Positions 1 to 9,911 are shown, numbered from the stretch's first letter. The stretch: DNA of 64,000 nucleotides from a virus (IMGVR_UViG_3300033066_002329:24944-88943); one strand, 5' to 3'. The notes: generated by a model from the sequence alone, not told the origin. Program-made: numbers and translations.

Positions 1-222
1 AACAATAGCTCCTAAACTAATATTTTTACGCATTAAACCAACTTCAAGAGAAGGGAATGAAGCCTTATTGAAATTATCAATATTTGCATCGCTTGGGTCC
101 ACATGACCAATCGACATTCCGATGGATGCATAATAACTTGTTTTAGACTTTGTAGAATCTGTTTGTGCTAATGCAGCTGTTGCCATAAGGCAGATGGCTA
201 ATGCCATGATGATTTTTTTCAT
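1..222 (-). CDS. Secreted or outer-membrane protein, 5' part only (runs off the window)
   Basis: Not in the ORF track. Hand-translated from ATG at 222: MKKIIMALAICLMATAALA|QTDSTKS..., a Sec signal peptide cleaved before Gln. Open to position 1 and directly follows the ABC ATPase. Confidence 0.75.
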   Translation of the reverse strand, partial: MKKIIMALAICLMATAALAQTDSTKSKTSYYASIGMSIGHVDPSDANIDNFNKASFPSLEVGLMRKNISLGAIV

Positions 223-239
223 TTTACCTATTTTTTATT

Positions 240-1118
240 TTAAAGATTTACAAATAAGGAATCCAACTCATCACACAAAGAGTGAAATGCTGGCATTTTT
301 TTAATTTCTGGATGCCATGCAAGATTTCTCTCAATCAAGTCATATTCATACTTAATTTTTGCTCCAGGAATTATATCTCCTGCTGGATTTCTATCTCGTC
401 CCATAACCCAAAGAGTATCAGAGATTGCAGCAGTAGAAGGAATATCGTGAGATACAATGATAATTGTATTAAGTTCATGCATATTAGCAACCTCAACAAT
501 AAGATTAGAAACCTTCTTCACCATATTAGGGTCAAGACCAGAGAAAGGCTCATCCATTAACAAGAAATTATTTGAGCACAAAATCTGTTGCGCAATGGCT
601 ACACGTTGTTTTTGTCCTCCTGATAATTGACCAGGGTAAAAGCTTTTTCTATTAGATAAATCAAAACGTTCCAAGATATCATTGATTCTATCTTCACGTT
701 CTTTTTTGTTTTTGTATTTTACCTTAGCAGCTACTTCAAGATTTCCCAATACAGTTCTGTGTTCAAACAAAGGATAAGATTGTTGAATTACTCCAACTTT
801 ACCAATTTTAACTGGTTCAAGCTCGGCTCCTATTTTAATAGAACCATGCGCAAGCCTATCCATTTTTTCAGCCACTCTATCTCCTGGATATTCATGACAA
901 TCAAACGGCATAATGCCAGATAAAAGTTCAAACAATTTTGTCTTACCAATTCCAGATGGACCAAGCAATCCTATAATTTGACCTTGAGACATTCCAGGTC
1001 TTACAATATTCTTAACGTCAATATTGATATCTTTCAATATTGGTGTTTTACCATATTGCAATGATACATTTTCAACCTTAAGAATTGTTTCGTGTTTTTC
1101 GTATTGATAATTTGTCAT
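240..1118 (-). CDS. ABC transporter ATP-binding subunit (TauB/SsuB/NrtD-like)
   Basis: Walker A GPSGIGKT, signature LSGGQKQR, Walker B LLMDEPF, H-loop SHD. Confidence 0.95.
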   Translation of the reverse strand: MTNYQYEKHETILKVENVSLQYGKTPILKDINIDVKNIVRPGMSQGQIIGLLGPSGIGKTKLFELLSGIMPFDCHEYPGDRVAEKMDRLAHGSIKIGAELEPVKIGKVGVIQQSYPLFEHRTVLGNLEVAAKVKYKNKKEREDRINDILERFDLSNRKSFYPGQLSGGQKQRVAIAQQILCSNNFLLMDEPFSGLDPNMVKKVSNLIVEVANMHELNTIIIVSHDIPSTAAISDTLWVMGRDRNPAGDIIPGAKIKYEYDLIERNLAWHPEIKKMPAFHSLCDELDSLFVNL

Positions 1119-1119
1119 T

Positions 1120-1908
1120 TTATTTTTTTTGTGTTCCTAATTGAGAATATGGGCAAATAAGATTGCGAACTACTCCAAACAAATAATCTATCAATATACC
1201 CAAGAAAAATACAGTCATTTGCATTGCAAAAACAGAAGAAAGATTCAAATGTTTATTTTCGTTAAGCATCATGGCGCCAATACCTCCATCAGAACGAACA
1301 AGCCCCTCAGCAAATGTAAGCATTGTCCAAACTATAGCAAAATTTTGTTTAACAGCTGTAATCATTTCATGAACCTTACCAAGAACAACTCTCTCAAATA
1401 CAACTCTCCATTCATTACCAAAAATTGTTCTTGCATGATTATATTGAACATCATTAACACTTTGAACAACTGTAATCATTGATTCTACAATAAATACACT
1501 CATGCCAAATACAAGCAACTTGATTTTAAGGTCATAACCATTTGTAGACATCAAAGTAAATACGAAAGACAAGCCAACCATAGGTAAGAATCTTGACACT
1601 CTCATAAGATATGCAATTGGTTTAAAGAAAGTAATAACAGTTGAGTATGCTATAACCGCTGAAGCTATAATAGCGATTAATAACGCATGAAAACATAAAG
1701 ACAGACTGGCCCATGTATCTTGTATTAAACCACCACTTATGGCAAGTTCAACCCAAGAAGTAAGAATCTCCATAGGCTTAGGTATTAATGGATTTGCAAA
1801 ATAACACCAGTATAATAAAATCAAAACGATTTGACATGATGTCATTATAATAAAATTTCTCTTGCCAATAGCTTTATTAGGAGAGAAAATGTCTAAGAAT
1901 TTCTTCAT
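1120..1908 (-). CDS. ABC transporter permease (TauC/SsuC-like)
   Basis: Several hydrophobic helices, EAA-loop-like ARTIFG, C-terminal AEGL...GGIG; adjacent to the ATPase. Confidence 0.9.
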   Translation of the reverse strand: MKKFLDIFSPNKAIGKRNFIIMTSCQIVLILLYWCYFANPLIPKPMEILTSWVELAISGGLIQDTWASLSLCFHALLIAIIASAVIAYSTVITFFKPIAYLMRVSRFLPMVGLSFVFTLMSTNGYDLKIKLLVFGMSVFIVESMITVVQSVNDVQYNHARTIFGNEWRVVFERVVLGKVHEMITAVKQNFAIVWTMLTFAEGLVRSDGGIGAMMLNENKHLNLSSVFAMQMTVFFLGILIDYLFGVVRNLICPYSQLGTQKK

Positions 1909-1917
1909 ACTATTTTA

Positions 1918-1943
1918 TACGTTAATTATAAAAAAAGGTTACA
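1918..1943 (-). promoter_or_regulatory. ECF/sigmaW-type promoter TGTAAC-N16-CGTA(TAA) for the permease
   Basis: Exact 16-nt spacing; one of nine copies in the window. Confidence 0.8.
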
Positions 1944-1945
1944 AA

Positions 1946-1972
1946 AAAAGCCTGGAAAATTTCCAGGCTTTT
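1946..1972. terminator. Bidirectional intrinsic terminator hairpin
   Basis: AAAAGCCTGGAA-aat-TTCCAGGCTTTT perfect inverted repeat. Confidence 0.75.
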
Positions 1973-2047
1973 CAAATTTATATATTAGAGTTTATTTACC
2001 CATCACGATTTCAATTTTTTTCTATCTATTTATAAAAAAACATATTT

Positions 2048-2764
2048 ATGACACCAGAAGAAAAAGAAAAGCGAAACGAATATATGAGAATGTATCGTGC
2101 AAAAAACAAAGAAAAAACGAGTAAATACAACAAAGAATACATGACTAAATATAGAAGTGGAGAATTTCGTAAAAAATACTTAGAAGGAAAGAAAAAATCT
2201 TATGAGAAAAATAAAGATAAAATTAGAAATGAACAAAAAAATTATTATTTAAAAAATAAAAAAAAACTTAATGAAACCAATAAAGAAAATTATAACCTCA
2301 ATAAAGAAAAAAGAAATTTACAAAGCAAAGAGTGGAGAGAAAAAAATTCTGAAAGAAATAAAGAATTAAAGAAAAATTGGTATGAAAAAAATAAATATAA
2401 GAGGGCTCAGCAAATTAAAAAACGTAAAGAACAAGACCCCTTATTTAAACTTAAGACAGCCATATCATCCAGAATTAGAAGCGGAATTAAAAGTACTGGT
2501 TTCTGCAAAAAATTTAAGACAAAAGAGATTTTGGGTTGTACATATGAAGAATTTAAGTTATATATTGAGTCAAAAATTGAGTCATGGATGACCTGGGAAA
2601 ATTATGGAAAATACAATGGTGATTTAAATTATGGATGGGACCTTGACCACATTGTTCCATTAGCTACTGCTAAAACAGAAGAAGATATTATTAATCTTAA
2701 TCATTATAAAAATTTTCAACCTCTATGTAGCAAAATTAATCGAGATATTAAATGGAAGAATTAA
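2048..2764 (+). mobile_element. Free-standing HNH-like homing endonuclease inserted antisense inside the envelope operon
   Basis: Lys-rich repetitive N-terminus, then WDLDHIVPL...NHYKNFQPL (HNH-type core); flanked by terminators. Confidence 0.75.
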
Positions 2765-2799
2765 AAAAAAAGCAGGACTTAGCAGTCCTGCTTTTTTTT
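2763..2799. terminator. Bidirectional intrinsic terminator
   Basis: A-tract, AGCAGGACT-tagc-AGTCCTGCT, T-tract, between convergent genes. Confidence 0.85.
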
Positions 2800-2811
2800 C
2801 TTTTATTTCAA

Positions 2812-4623
2812 TTAGCGGCCCATCACTATCTCCACACGACGGTTTTTAGCTCTACCGCTTGCGCTATTATTATCAGCAATTGGCTCTAATTGACCTCTAC
2901 CTTGTACCTTTGCAAATCTTGACTCAGGATAATTAGCAGAAGATTTATTTTGTAACCATTGTTTAACAGCTTGAGCACGTGCTTCAGATAATGACATATT
3001 AGAACTTGGATTTCCAACATCGTCTGTATGACCAAATATTTCTACTTGTAAACCACTTGCAATGTTTAATTGGTCATATAAGTTTTCTAATGTATTTAAA
3101 GCTTGTGGTGTAAAATTAGCACTACCAGTTTCAAATTCAATAGACCATGCACGCTTAGCAACTGTCTCACTTAAAGAACCTGTGTTATTATATGTAATTT
3201 TATCAGCAGAAACTAAATTGTTACTTCTTGATTTAACATTTAACATATAGCTTAAATCTAATACACTTGCAATTTCAGGATATGTTTTAACATATTCAGG
3301 GTAAATTGAACTTACGATGTCACCGAACACTTTATAAACAGATGCATATACATTTGTCTTATTGTTACCAATACCATATAATTCAAGATTATCTGATAAA
3401 TTAAACACTTTAGACCCACCTAATGAAACCATATTACCTTGAGCGTCTGATTGTGTTACACCACGATAATATTTAACCCAATATGTACCATCTTTTTCAT
3501 TATAAATTTTAGCACTAATTTCTCCAGCTTTTGTTAAAGCATCAGGATATGTTTTAATTTGGTCTCCTGCATCAGCAATAGCCTTAATCATATCTTCAAC
3601 ATGCTTACGATTATCTTGCATATATTTTTTAATACCAATTACAACATTAGGCATTTGAGAACTATATTCTTTTGTAGATACAATACGAACTAAACCTCCT
3701 TTATTTTCAGCAACCATTACGTCACCAGGAGTCCAAGTAGTTGTACAGTTAACTGTAATTTTCTTTTTATCACCAGTCTTAACTGTTTTACCAGTCTTTT
3801 CATCACGCTTTACTACATCACGCTCTTCAGAGTAACCTGAAATATATTTTTGAGCAGCATCAATAAAATCATTTGCAGCGACAAAATTCATAGCTTGTGG
3901 GTCATAAGTTTTTTCGTCTGTATTAACTGGAATTCCATTGTCTGAACACCATTTAATTACAATATTCCAGTCCCCATCACGAAGAAAAGCAGAACAAACC
4001 ATACCACGAGCATTTTGCGGATTTTCTTTTACGCTTGGAGCAGCCATAAATTGGTCTTCCCCATTAGATTTACCACAAGAATAAATAATTTGTGCAACAT
4101 ATTCATCACCTAACTTAGACAACTCGTTGTTAACACCTGATAAGAAAGCTGCTGCTCCATCTCCCATAATTGCTACGAAATTTGTACCTACAGCTGTTGA
4201 AGGATTGTTTTTATAATCATTAGCAAACTTAATTAAGTTTGCGGCCATTTGATTACAATCGTCCTGTCTTTTAATAGTTAAATTAACATTATTCTTTTCC
4301 ATTAAAGAACCTTGAGTAGTTTGAGGACCACCATTAGCTAAATTTAATCCCATTTGAGAATTCCAAGCCATAATTTCAAATGTCATACGTGGAGAATTTA
4401 CTGTTGCAAGAGCATCTGTAGGCAAACCTGCAAATGCTACAGTTCCGCCTTGAACATCTTTAGGAGCATCTGGTAAAATAACACTATTTACTTCTACTGT
4501 TTGCTTTATTTCTTTAGCGAAAAGCAACTCAGAATCTACGACTAACCATTTGATTCCGAAAATTAACGCTACTACTAATCCTGCTAAGGCTATCTTAGCT
4601 CCTGGTTTGATTTTTGTTTTCAT
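2812..4623 (-). CDS. Membrane-anchored substrate-binding protein fused to a C-terminal OmpA-like peptidoglycan-binding domain
   Basis: N-terminal TM helix; periplasmic-binding-protein-like middle; OmpA motifs FETGSA, GHTDDVG, LSEARAQAV, NRRVEI. Confidence 0.9.
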   Translation of the reverse strand: MKTKIKPGAKIALAGLVVALIFGIKWLVVDSELLFAKEIKQTVEVNSVILPDAPKDVQGGTVAFAGLPTDALATVNSPRMTFEIMAWNSQMGLNLANGGPQTTQGSLMEKNNVNLTIKRQDDCNQMAANLIKFANDYKNNPSTAVGTNFVAIMGDGAAAFLSGVNNELSKLGDEYVAQIIYSCGKSNGEDQFMAAPSVKENPQNARGMVCSAFLRDGDWNIVIKWCSDNGIPVNTDEKTYDPQAMNFVAANDFIDAAQKYISGYSEERDVVKRDEKTGKTVKTGDKKKITVNCTTTWTPGDVMVAENKGGLVRIVSTKEYSSQMPNVVIGIKKYMQDNRKHVEDMIKAIADAGDQIKTYPDALTKAGEISAKIYNEKDGTYWVKYYRGVTQSDAQGNMVSLGGSKVFNLSDNLELYGIGNNKTNVYASVYKVFGDIVSSIYPEYVKTYPEIASVLDLSYMLNVKSRSNNLVSADKITYNNTGSLSETVAKRAWSIEFETGSANFTPQALNTLENLYDQLNIASGLQVEIFGHTDDVGNPSSNMSLSEARAQAVKQWLQNKSSANYPESRFAKVQGRGQLEPIADNNSASGRAKNRRVEIVMGR

Positions 4624-4657
4624 TTTTTGTTTTTAATTTATAATTTATAATAACTTA

Positions 4658-4683
4658 TACGTTGTTTTTTTAAAAAAGTTTCA
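4658..4683 (-). promoter_or_regulatory. ECF/sigmaW-type promoter TGAAAC-N16-CGTA(TAA)
   Basis: Exact motif 35 nt upstream of the SBP-OmpA start. Confidence 0.85.
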
Positions 4684-4684
4684 A

Positions 4685-5815
4685 TTACCAACGTTTAACT
4701 TCACTTCTTAATACACGTCCAATTAAGATTGAAGGCATTGAATGTAATCCATATCTATTAAAATAGATTGTTTTATTATCTCCACTTAAAGCTGTAATAT
4801 AAGTTACTAATAATTTTGTTGCACTAATTAATTGTAATTGATTATAAATTTTTAATGCACCCTTATATGCTTTCTGTTTCTTTTCATCAGCAATTTGTTT
4901 TTCTTGAAGAGATTTATAATATTCTCTATCTTGAATATCTGATAAAAAAGCTTTTAATTTATCAAGATTTACTGGAACCATTTGACCATCTAAAGAAGCA
5001 TCAGGATAAAGTAAAGTTGTAATTGCAAATGCAGCACCTCCTGAAAGATATAATTCATTTCTATCTTCTGCTCCATCAATATTTGAAAAACTGTTTTTAA
5101 TTTCTACTTTAAGAGAATCAAAACATTTATTCATACCTGCAATAAATGCTTGACGTTCTTGGTCTTTATCATCAGGATGAGATGACATATAACTTTTTGT
5201 AATTAACTCAGCAATACGAACAGACCCTAAATCGAAGTTTACTGGAATAGCAGTTAATGAATTACCTTCTTTAACAATATATCCACCTTTTGTATTCGAG
5301 CCTCCTTGGTCAAGGACTAATGCATTATCAATTTTTTCATAAGGAATAGTACCTGCAATTGTATATTTAGCTTCTTCAGTTTCTTTTACTACATATACAC
5401 CATGTCCAGTTTTTGCCTTAACGGCCTCACAAAATTCATCAATATTTTTTGCCACACCAACACCTGAAGACGTATAGAAAAATACATTTTTGTCATCAAG
5501 GCCAGCTGATTTATATCTTTCTAATAATTCACTATATGAATCATAAGAAGCAGAAGCAGCAGAAGCAATATCTTGAGGAGATATTTTACCAGTAGATTGG
5601 AAATTTTTAGACAAACCAATATTTAACTCTTTATTCTCAACTGGAACATAATGTCTAAAAGCTGCATCGGTATAGGCTATTACACCTAATTTAATGCCTT
5701 TACCGCCATATTCAACATACATTGTTAATTTAGTTGTGTTCTTTGGAACATTTGGAGTTTGCGCACCTAAAGTGAAAGCAAATAAAAGTGCGAAGATACA
5801 AAATATTTTTTTCAT
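4685..5815 (-). CDS. Secreted Ppx/GppA-like (ASKHA fold) phosphatase
   Basis: Signal peptide (...FTLGA|QTP); ASKHA-type motifs VEYGGKG, ETEEAKY, LDQGGSNT, LSGGA. Confidence 0.7.
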   Translation of the reverse strand: MKKIFCIFALLFAFTLGAQTPNVPKNTTKLTMYVEYGGKGIKLGVIAYTDAAFRHYVPVENKELNIGLSKNFQSTGKISPQDIASAASASYDSYSELLERYKSAGLDDKNVFFYTSSGVGVAKNIDEFCEAVKAKTGHGVYVVKETEEAKYTIAGTIPYEKIDNALVLDQGGSNTKGGYIVKEGNSLTAIPVNFDLGSVRIAELITKSYMSSHPDDKDQERQAFIAGMNKCFDSLKVEIKNSFSNIDGAEDRNELYLSGGAAFAITTLLYPDASLDGQMVPVNLDKLKAFLSDIQDREYYKSLQEKQIADEKKQKAYKGALKIYNQLQLISATKLLVTYITALSGDNKTIYFNRYGLHSMPSILIGRVLRSEVKRW

Positions 5816-5834
5816 GATTTTGTGTTTTAGTTTT

Positions 5835-6221
5835 TTAATTAAAGTTTACGTTTAAATTTTCTCTGTCTTCTTTTTTCTTTTTTTCTTGTTTTTTCTCAGG
5901 TTTAGCGACAGATTCTTTCTTAACCTTTGAATTTTGTTTTTTTACCTCTGTAGCTACTTCTTGCGTAGATAAATTTTTATTTTCTGTAACTACACTCACT
6001 GTATTAGTTGAAGAAGTTACTGGAACAACTACTGGAGTTTCTGCTACTGTACTTATTGAAGTAGCTTGAACTGATGTAGGTGTAGAGGTAGAAACTTCTG
6101 CATTTGCAGTAGTTGTAACTTCTGTTTTTTTAGGTGCAAATGCAAAGTATAATCCGAATATACCACCTACGATTAATGCAGCTAAAAAGATTTTAAATGC
6201 TGGTTTAATTTTTGTTTTCAT
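5835..6221 (-). CDS. Single-pass membrane protein with a Thr/Ser-rich linker
   Basis: N-terminus MKTKIKPAFKIFLAALIVGGIFG closely parallels that of SBP-OmpA (MKTKIKPGAKIALAGLVVALIFG). Confidence 0.8.
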   Translation of the reverse strand: MKTKIKPAFKIFLAALIVGGIFGLYFAFAPKKTEVTTTANAEVSTSTPTSVQATSISTVAETPVVVPVTSSTNTVSVVTENKNLSTQEVATEVKKQNSKVKKESVAKPEKKQEKKKKEDRENLNVNFN

Positions 6222-6236
6222 TTTTTTATTGGTTTT

Positions 6237-7289
6237 TTATTGATTTTTTAGTTTAAAATATTTACCTGTTTTTCCTGATTCATTATTTGACTTGCTTATT
6301 GGAGTTGGAGAAGGTATTTTAGTTAAGTCAACATAATTATTACTTCCCTGAGAAATAGCATTAGGAGTTGCTTGGTCTTTTTTTCCAAAGATAGCATCAA
6401 TTCCATCTTGGTCAAATTTTTCCAATAATTTCATACCTTTTTCTGCATAAATTTCATCATCAACTTCAACACAACTAATGAATTCCATAGAATCTTCTAA
6501 CATCTTATCCATTTGACCAACTTTACCTCCAATGTCATCAACTACAAATTCCATAGCTTCATCAAAAATAATTTTCTTATCAGAATTTCCTTGAATAATA
6601 CTCATTGCTGATTTCATTACAGAATGACCTTTTGTTATAGACTCTCTTTCTTCTTTAGCCTCTTCAACTTGCATTTCAGTTTCTTTAACCATGATAGAAG
6701 AGTAGTATTTCATTTTTTCTAAAACTCTATAAAGAACTTCCATTCTATTAGCTAAGGCCTGTAACTTATCAATTGATGCTTTAAGACGCATTCCTTGTCT
6801 TGCATGCATTTCTGCTTCGGCCCTTCTGTCTTTATCGTTTTTTAGTTGATTAGCTCTATTTAAAGACATTTCACATTCATCTTTTTTCTTAGCTATTTTT
6901 AAATTTAAAGACCCTATCTGAGCTTTTAATTCAGTAAGCTGTTCTCCCATTTTAACCATTTTCTCTTTAACATCTTCTACATAAGATTCTAAGATTGCTA
7001 TAGGATTAAGTTCAATAGCTAAACCTGTAAAGAAACGCATCAACCCTTTGAAAAGATACCAAATAGTTGTTCTAAATCTATTATTCATCAAAAGTGAAAT
7101 GATGAAAAATAAACCTACTCCAAGACCTATAGCAGTATAAAGATTTTGCATTAAATCAATAATAGATGGGAGCGCTTTATATAAAAAATAACCACCTAGA
7201 CCTATTAATCCTGCTAATACAACCATTCCTGGTTTTCCTTCTGGCTTTTTCCAGAATGATGTTGTTGTTTTTGAAATTTCGTTACTCAT
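6237..7289 (-). CDS. PspA/IM30-like coiled-coil protein with two N-terminal TM helices
   Basis: Two hydrophobic segments, then NPIAILESYVEDVKE and long heptad repeats resembling the PspA helical hairpin. Confidence 0.6.
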   Translation of the reverse strand: MSNEISKTTTSFWKKPEGKPGMVVLAGLIGLGGYFLYKALPSIIDLMQNLYTAIGLGVGLFFIISLLMNNRFRTTIWYLFKGLMRFFTGLAIELNPIAILESYVEDVKEKMVKMGEQLTELKAQIGSLNLKIAKKKDECEMSLNRANQLKNDKDRRAEAEMHARQGMRLKASIDKLQALANRMEVLYRVLEKMKYYSSIMVKETEMQVEEAKEERESITKGHSVMKSAMSIIQGNSDKKIIFDEAMEFVVDDIGGKVGQMDKMLEDSMEFISCVEVDDEIYAEKGMKLLEKFDQDGIDAIFGKKDQATPNAISQGSNNYVDLTKIPSPTPISKSNNESGKTGKYFKLKNQ

Positions 7290-7306
7290 TTTTTCAGTTG
7301 TTTTTA

Positions 7307-8047
7307 TTATTTAATGTAAGTATTGATATTTAATTTATCTCTTTCAATCTCTCCTTTTACGATATCAATAGTTACCTTAAAGTTTTTACCTGTAGCTTCA
7401 ATTTTATCTTTCATTTGCTGAGCCTCTATAGTGTCTTGATTAATAGACATATTTAACTCTGCAATTTCAGCATTTAACTTAGCTATTTGCTCTGTTTTAG
7501 AAACTATAGTTTGTTGTTTTTCTTGAGCTGAATTTAAACGAGACTGAACTTGGTTAGTCATTTCCTTTGCCATTTCAGTGTTAAACTCTACTTCTTCTTT
7601 GTTTAATACATCAATGTAATGGTCAGCTGTTGTTACAAAATGTTCTTTTGCAACATTTTGATTTGATACTTGAGCCATAGCTTGAATTGATTCATATGCC
7701 ATTTGATATTTTTGCGGCTCAGATAAATTTGGAATTGTTTCTTGACGTTTTCTAATTTTTGCAAACTCAAGATAATCATAACCCTCTAAGTTATTTTTAT
7801 CTAAAATCACTTGCAATTCATTGTAAAAATTAGAATCAAATACTCCATTATTTTGTAATGGATTTGGATTTGTAGAATAATTAAATGAACTCGGAATAGG
7901 AGCAGTAGCAGTAATTGTATCTACAACTGTCTCTTTTTTTGAGGGTTGGTCATTAGTATCTGGAACTTCTTCTACAACCCAGCTTTTCATTTTTGAAAAA
8001 AAACTACTTGAGCTTTTTTCTTTATTGTTATCTTTTTCTTGTGACAT
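7307..8047 (-). CDS. Conserved hypothetical coiled-coil protein of the same operon
   Basis: Globular middle (GYDYLEF) plus a C-terminal coiled coil; operonic position. Confidence 0.7.
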   Translation of the reverse strand: MSQEKDNNKEKSSSSFFSKMKSWVVEEVPDTNDQPSKKETVVDTITATAPIPSSFNYSTNPNPLQNNGVFDSNFYNELQVILDKNNLEGYDYLEFAKIRKRQETIPNLSEPQKYQMAYESIQAMAQVSNQNVAKEHFVTTADHYIDVLNKEEVEFNTEMAKEMTNQVQSRLNSAQEKQQTIVSKTEQIAKLNAEIAELNMSINQDTIEAQQMKDKIEATGKNFKVTIDIVKGEIERDKLNINTYIK

Positions 8048-8080
8048 TTTATTTATTTTTTTAACGGTTTTACAAATTTA

Positions 8081-8106
8081 TACGAGCAAAATTAAAAAAA
8101 GTTGCG
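8081..8106 (-). promoter_or_regulatory. ECF-type promoter CGCAAC-N16-CGTA(TAA)
   Basis: Exact 16-nt spacing upstream of 8047. Confidence 0.75.
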
Positions 8107-8129
8107 GGATTTCACAACTTTTTTTAATT

Positions 8130-8534
8130 TTATTTTAAAAATTCACTTAAATTATCAGGTAAAACAATTTTACAAGAATCATTTTCTATTGTAACAGGAA
8201 TACGTACAACCTTTTTAGTTGCAAATACTTTAGCATCTGGATAATTTAAAATAATATTCTCATTTTCTTTAGTTTCTGATTTTAAAGCCCCTAAAGCATA
8301 TCCAAATTTAAATTTATTTTTATAAAATTCTAATACTTTATCCTTTCCATGTTTCTTTATGGATTTTGCACTAGTAAATTTTAACATATAGTCATAATTT
8401 CCTTGTGCATAAAAGATTTTAAACATATTTCCAAAATCAGAACCATAAATCATCGCAGGGTTAGAAAATGGTCCTTTTTGAGAAAAAGAACTTAAACTGG
8501 CAAGTAATAATAAAGTTAAAATTAAATTTTTCAT
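8130..8534 (-). CDS. Secreted hypothetical protein
   Basis: Signal peptide (...SLSSFS|QKG). Confidence 0.8.
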   Translation of the reverse strand: MKNLILTLLLLASLSSFSQKGPFSNPAMIYGSDFGNMFKIFYAQGNYDYMLKFTSAKSIKKHGKDKVLEFYKNKFKFGYALGALKSETKENENIILNYPDAKVFATKKVVRIPVTIENDSCKIVLPDNLSEFLK

Positions 8535-8555
8535 TGTTTTTATTTTATCTTATTA

Positions 8556-8581
8556 TACGTTTTCTTTTAAAAAAAGTTTCA
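8556..8581 (-). promoter_or_regulatory. ECF/sigmaW-type promoter TGAAAC-N16-CGTA(TAA)
   Basis: Exact motif at the head of the envelope operon. Confidence 0.85.
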
Positions 8582-8596
8582 GAATATTTATATTAA

Positions 8597-9262
8597 ATGA
8601 ATAATAACATTAAAATACTTGAATTAAGAAAGTTATTTAAAGAGTTTGGATTTCTTAAAGTAGATGAAGAATATAAAAAAGAAATTCAAAACATCTATGG
8701 ACCAGAATTTTCAAAAACAGTTCAAGCAATTTTTAAAAAAAATCCAGATTTAAATATACTTTATAATAATTCTGAAAATTTATCTGAAGAAATTTCAACC
8801 AGCAATAAAGATAAAACTATTGGAGTTGAATTATATCAAGAAAACAACAATTATAATTCCTTAGAATTATATACTAGTTGTGCAAATAAAAATGCTTTAA
8901 ATGAAATAAAAGAAGAACATAAAAAAAGTGAGGAAATAAAAAAATTATATAGAAAAATAGCGAATAAAACACATCCTGATAAAATACAAATAAAATTTTT
9001 AAATGACTTATATTTAAAGGCAAAAAACGCTTACAATTCTAATGACATCTTTACAATTTATCTCATATGCAATGATTTAGATATAGAATATGATTTTCCA
9101 AAAGAAGAATTTTCTAACTTTAAATTAATTGTAAAAAATCTTAAAGCCCAAAATATGTTTATCGAACAAACATACCTTTGGGCTTGGATTAATGAGGAAA
9201 ATGAAGAGATAAAAAACCAAATAATATTACATTATATCTCTAATGCCTATAAAAAAAATTAA
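8597..9262 (+). CDS. J-domain-like protein
   Basis: IKKLYRKIANKTHPDK (HPD motif in J-domain helix II/loop context). Confidence 0.65.
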   Translation: MNNNIKILELRKLFKEFGFLKVDEEYKKEIQNIYGPEFSKTVQAIFKKNPDLNILYNNSENLSEEISTSNKDKTIGVELYQENNNYNSLELYTSCANKNALNEIKEEHKKSEEIKKLYRKIANKTHPDKIQIKFLNDLYLKAKNAYNSNDIFTIYLICNDLDIEYDFPKEEFSNFKLIVKNLKAQNMFIEQTYLWAWINEENEEIKNQIILHYISNAYKKN

Positions 9263-9885
9263 GATTTTACAATTGCATTTTCAGACCAAAATCTCACAGA
9301 CCAGTCATAAGCTTTTTTATCTAAAGGAACTCCTGAACCACCCTCTTCCATTCCTAATGCATTTCTCATCATTGTGATTGGCTGCATAGGTTCTTCATTG
9401 GAATGACTTTGTCCAAGAATAGCAACAACTCCCCACTCTTCATCTTCAGCTAATTCAAAATCAGGAATAATTGAATTTACATCAGCTTGCATTTTTTGTT
9501 TTTCATACTCTTTAAACAATTGCTCTCTGGAATAAACTACAACAATAAGAAAATTAGCCTTTGGAGCTGGGATTGGTAATTCAAACCATCTTGATAACAC
9601 TGGAAGCTCTTGCTCTGTACGAGAAGAATAACCATGACGTAAATATTGAAAATTTGATAAGTCTATTTTCATAGAGCCAACTTTAGCATCTGTAAAATTA
9701 TCAATTGCTAATAATTTACAAAATGGAGCATATCCATCCATTATTTTTACAAACCCTTGAGATAATTCTTCTTCTAAGTGTTTTTCAAATTGATTAATTG
9801 TTGTATTGGTTATTTTTGTACCGCCCGATTTAGTTTCAAAATGACGTTTACCAAAATTTGTGATTTTTACTTTTCCAAAAGACAT
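9259..9885 (-). CDS. DUF3228-like protein
   Basis: GYAPFCK, YSREQL, WGVVAI, PMQPITMMRNALG-EEGGSGVPLD, recognised from memory of the family. Confidence 0.75.
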   Translation of the reverse strand: MSFGKVKITNFGKRHFETKSGGTKITNTTINQFEKHLEEELSQGFVKIMDGYAPFCKLLAIDNFTDAKVGSMKIDLSNFQYLRHGYSSRTEQELPVLSRWFELPIPAPKANFLIVVVYSREQLFKEYEKQKMQADVNSIIPDFELAEDEEWGVVAILGQSHSNEEPMQPITMMRNALGMEEGGSGVPLDKKAYDWSVRFWSENAIVKS

Positions 9886-9911
9886 AGTTATTTTATTAAA
9901 TTCGTTTTTTA

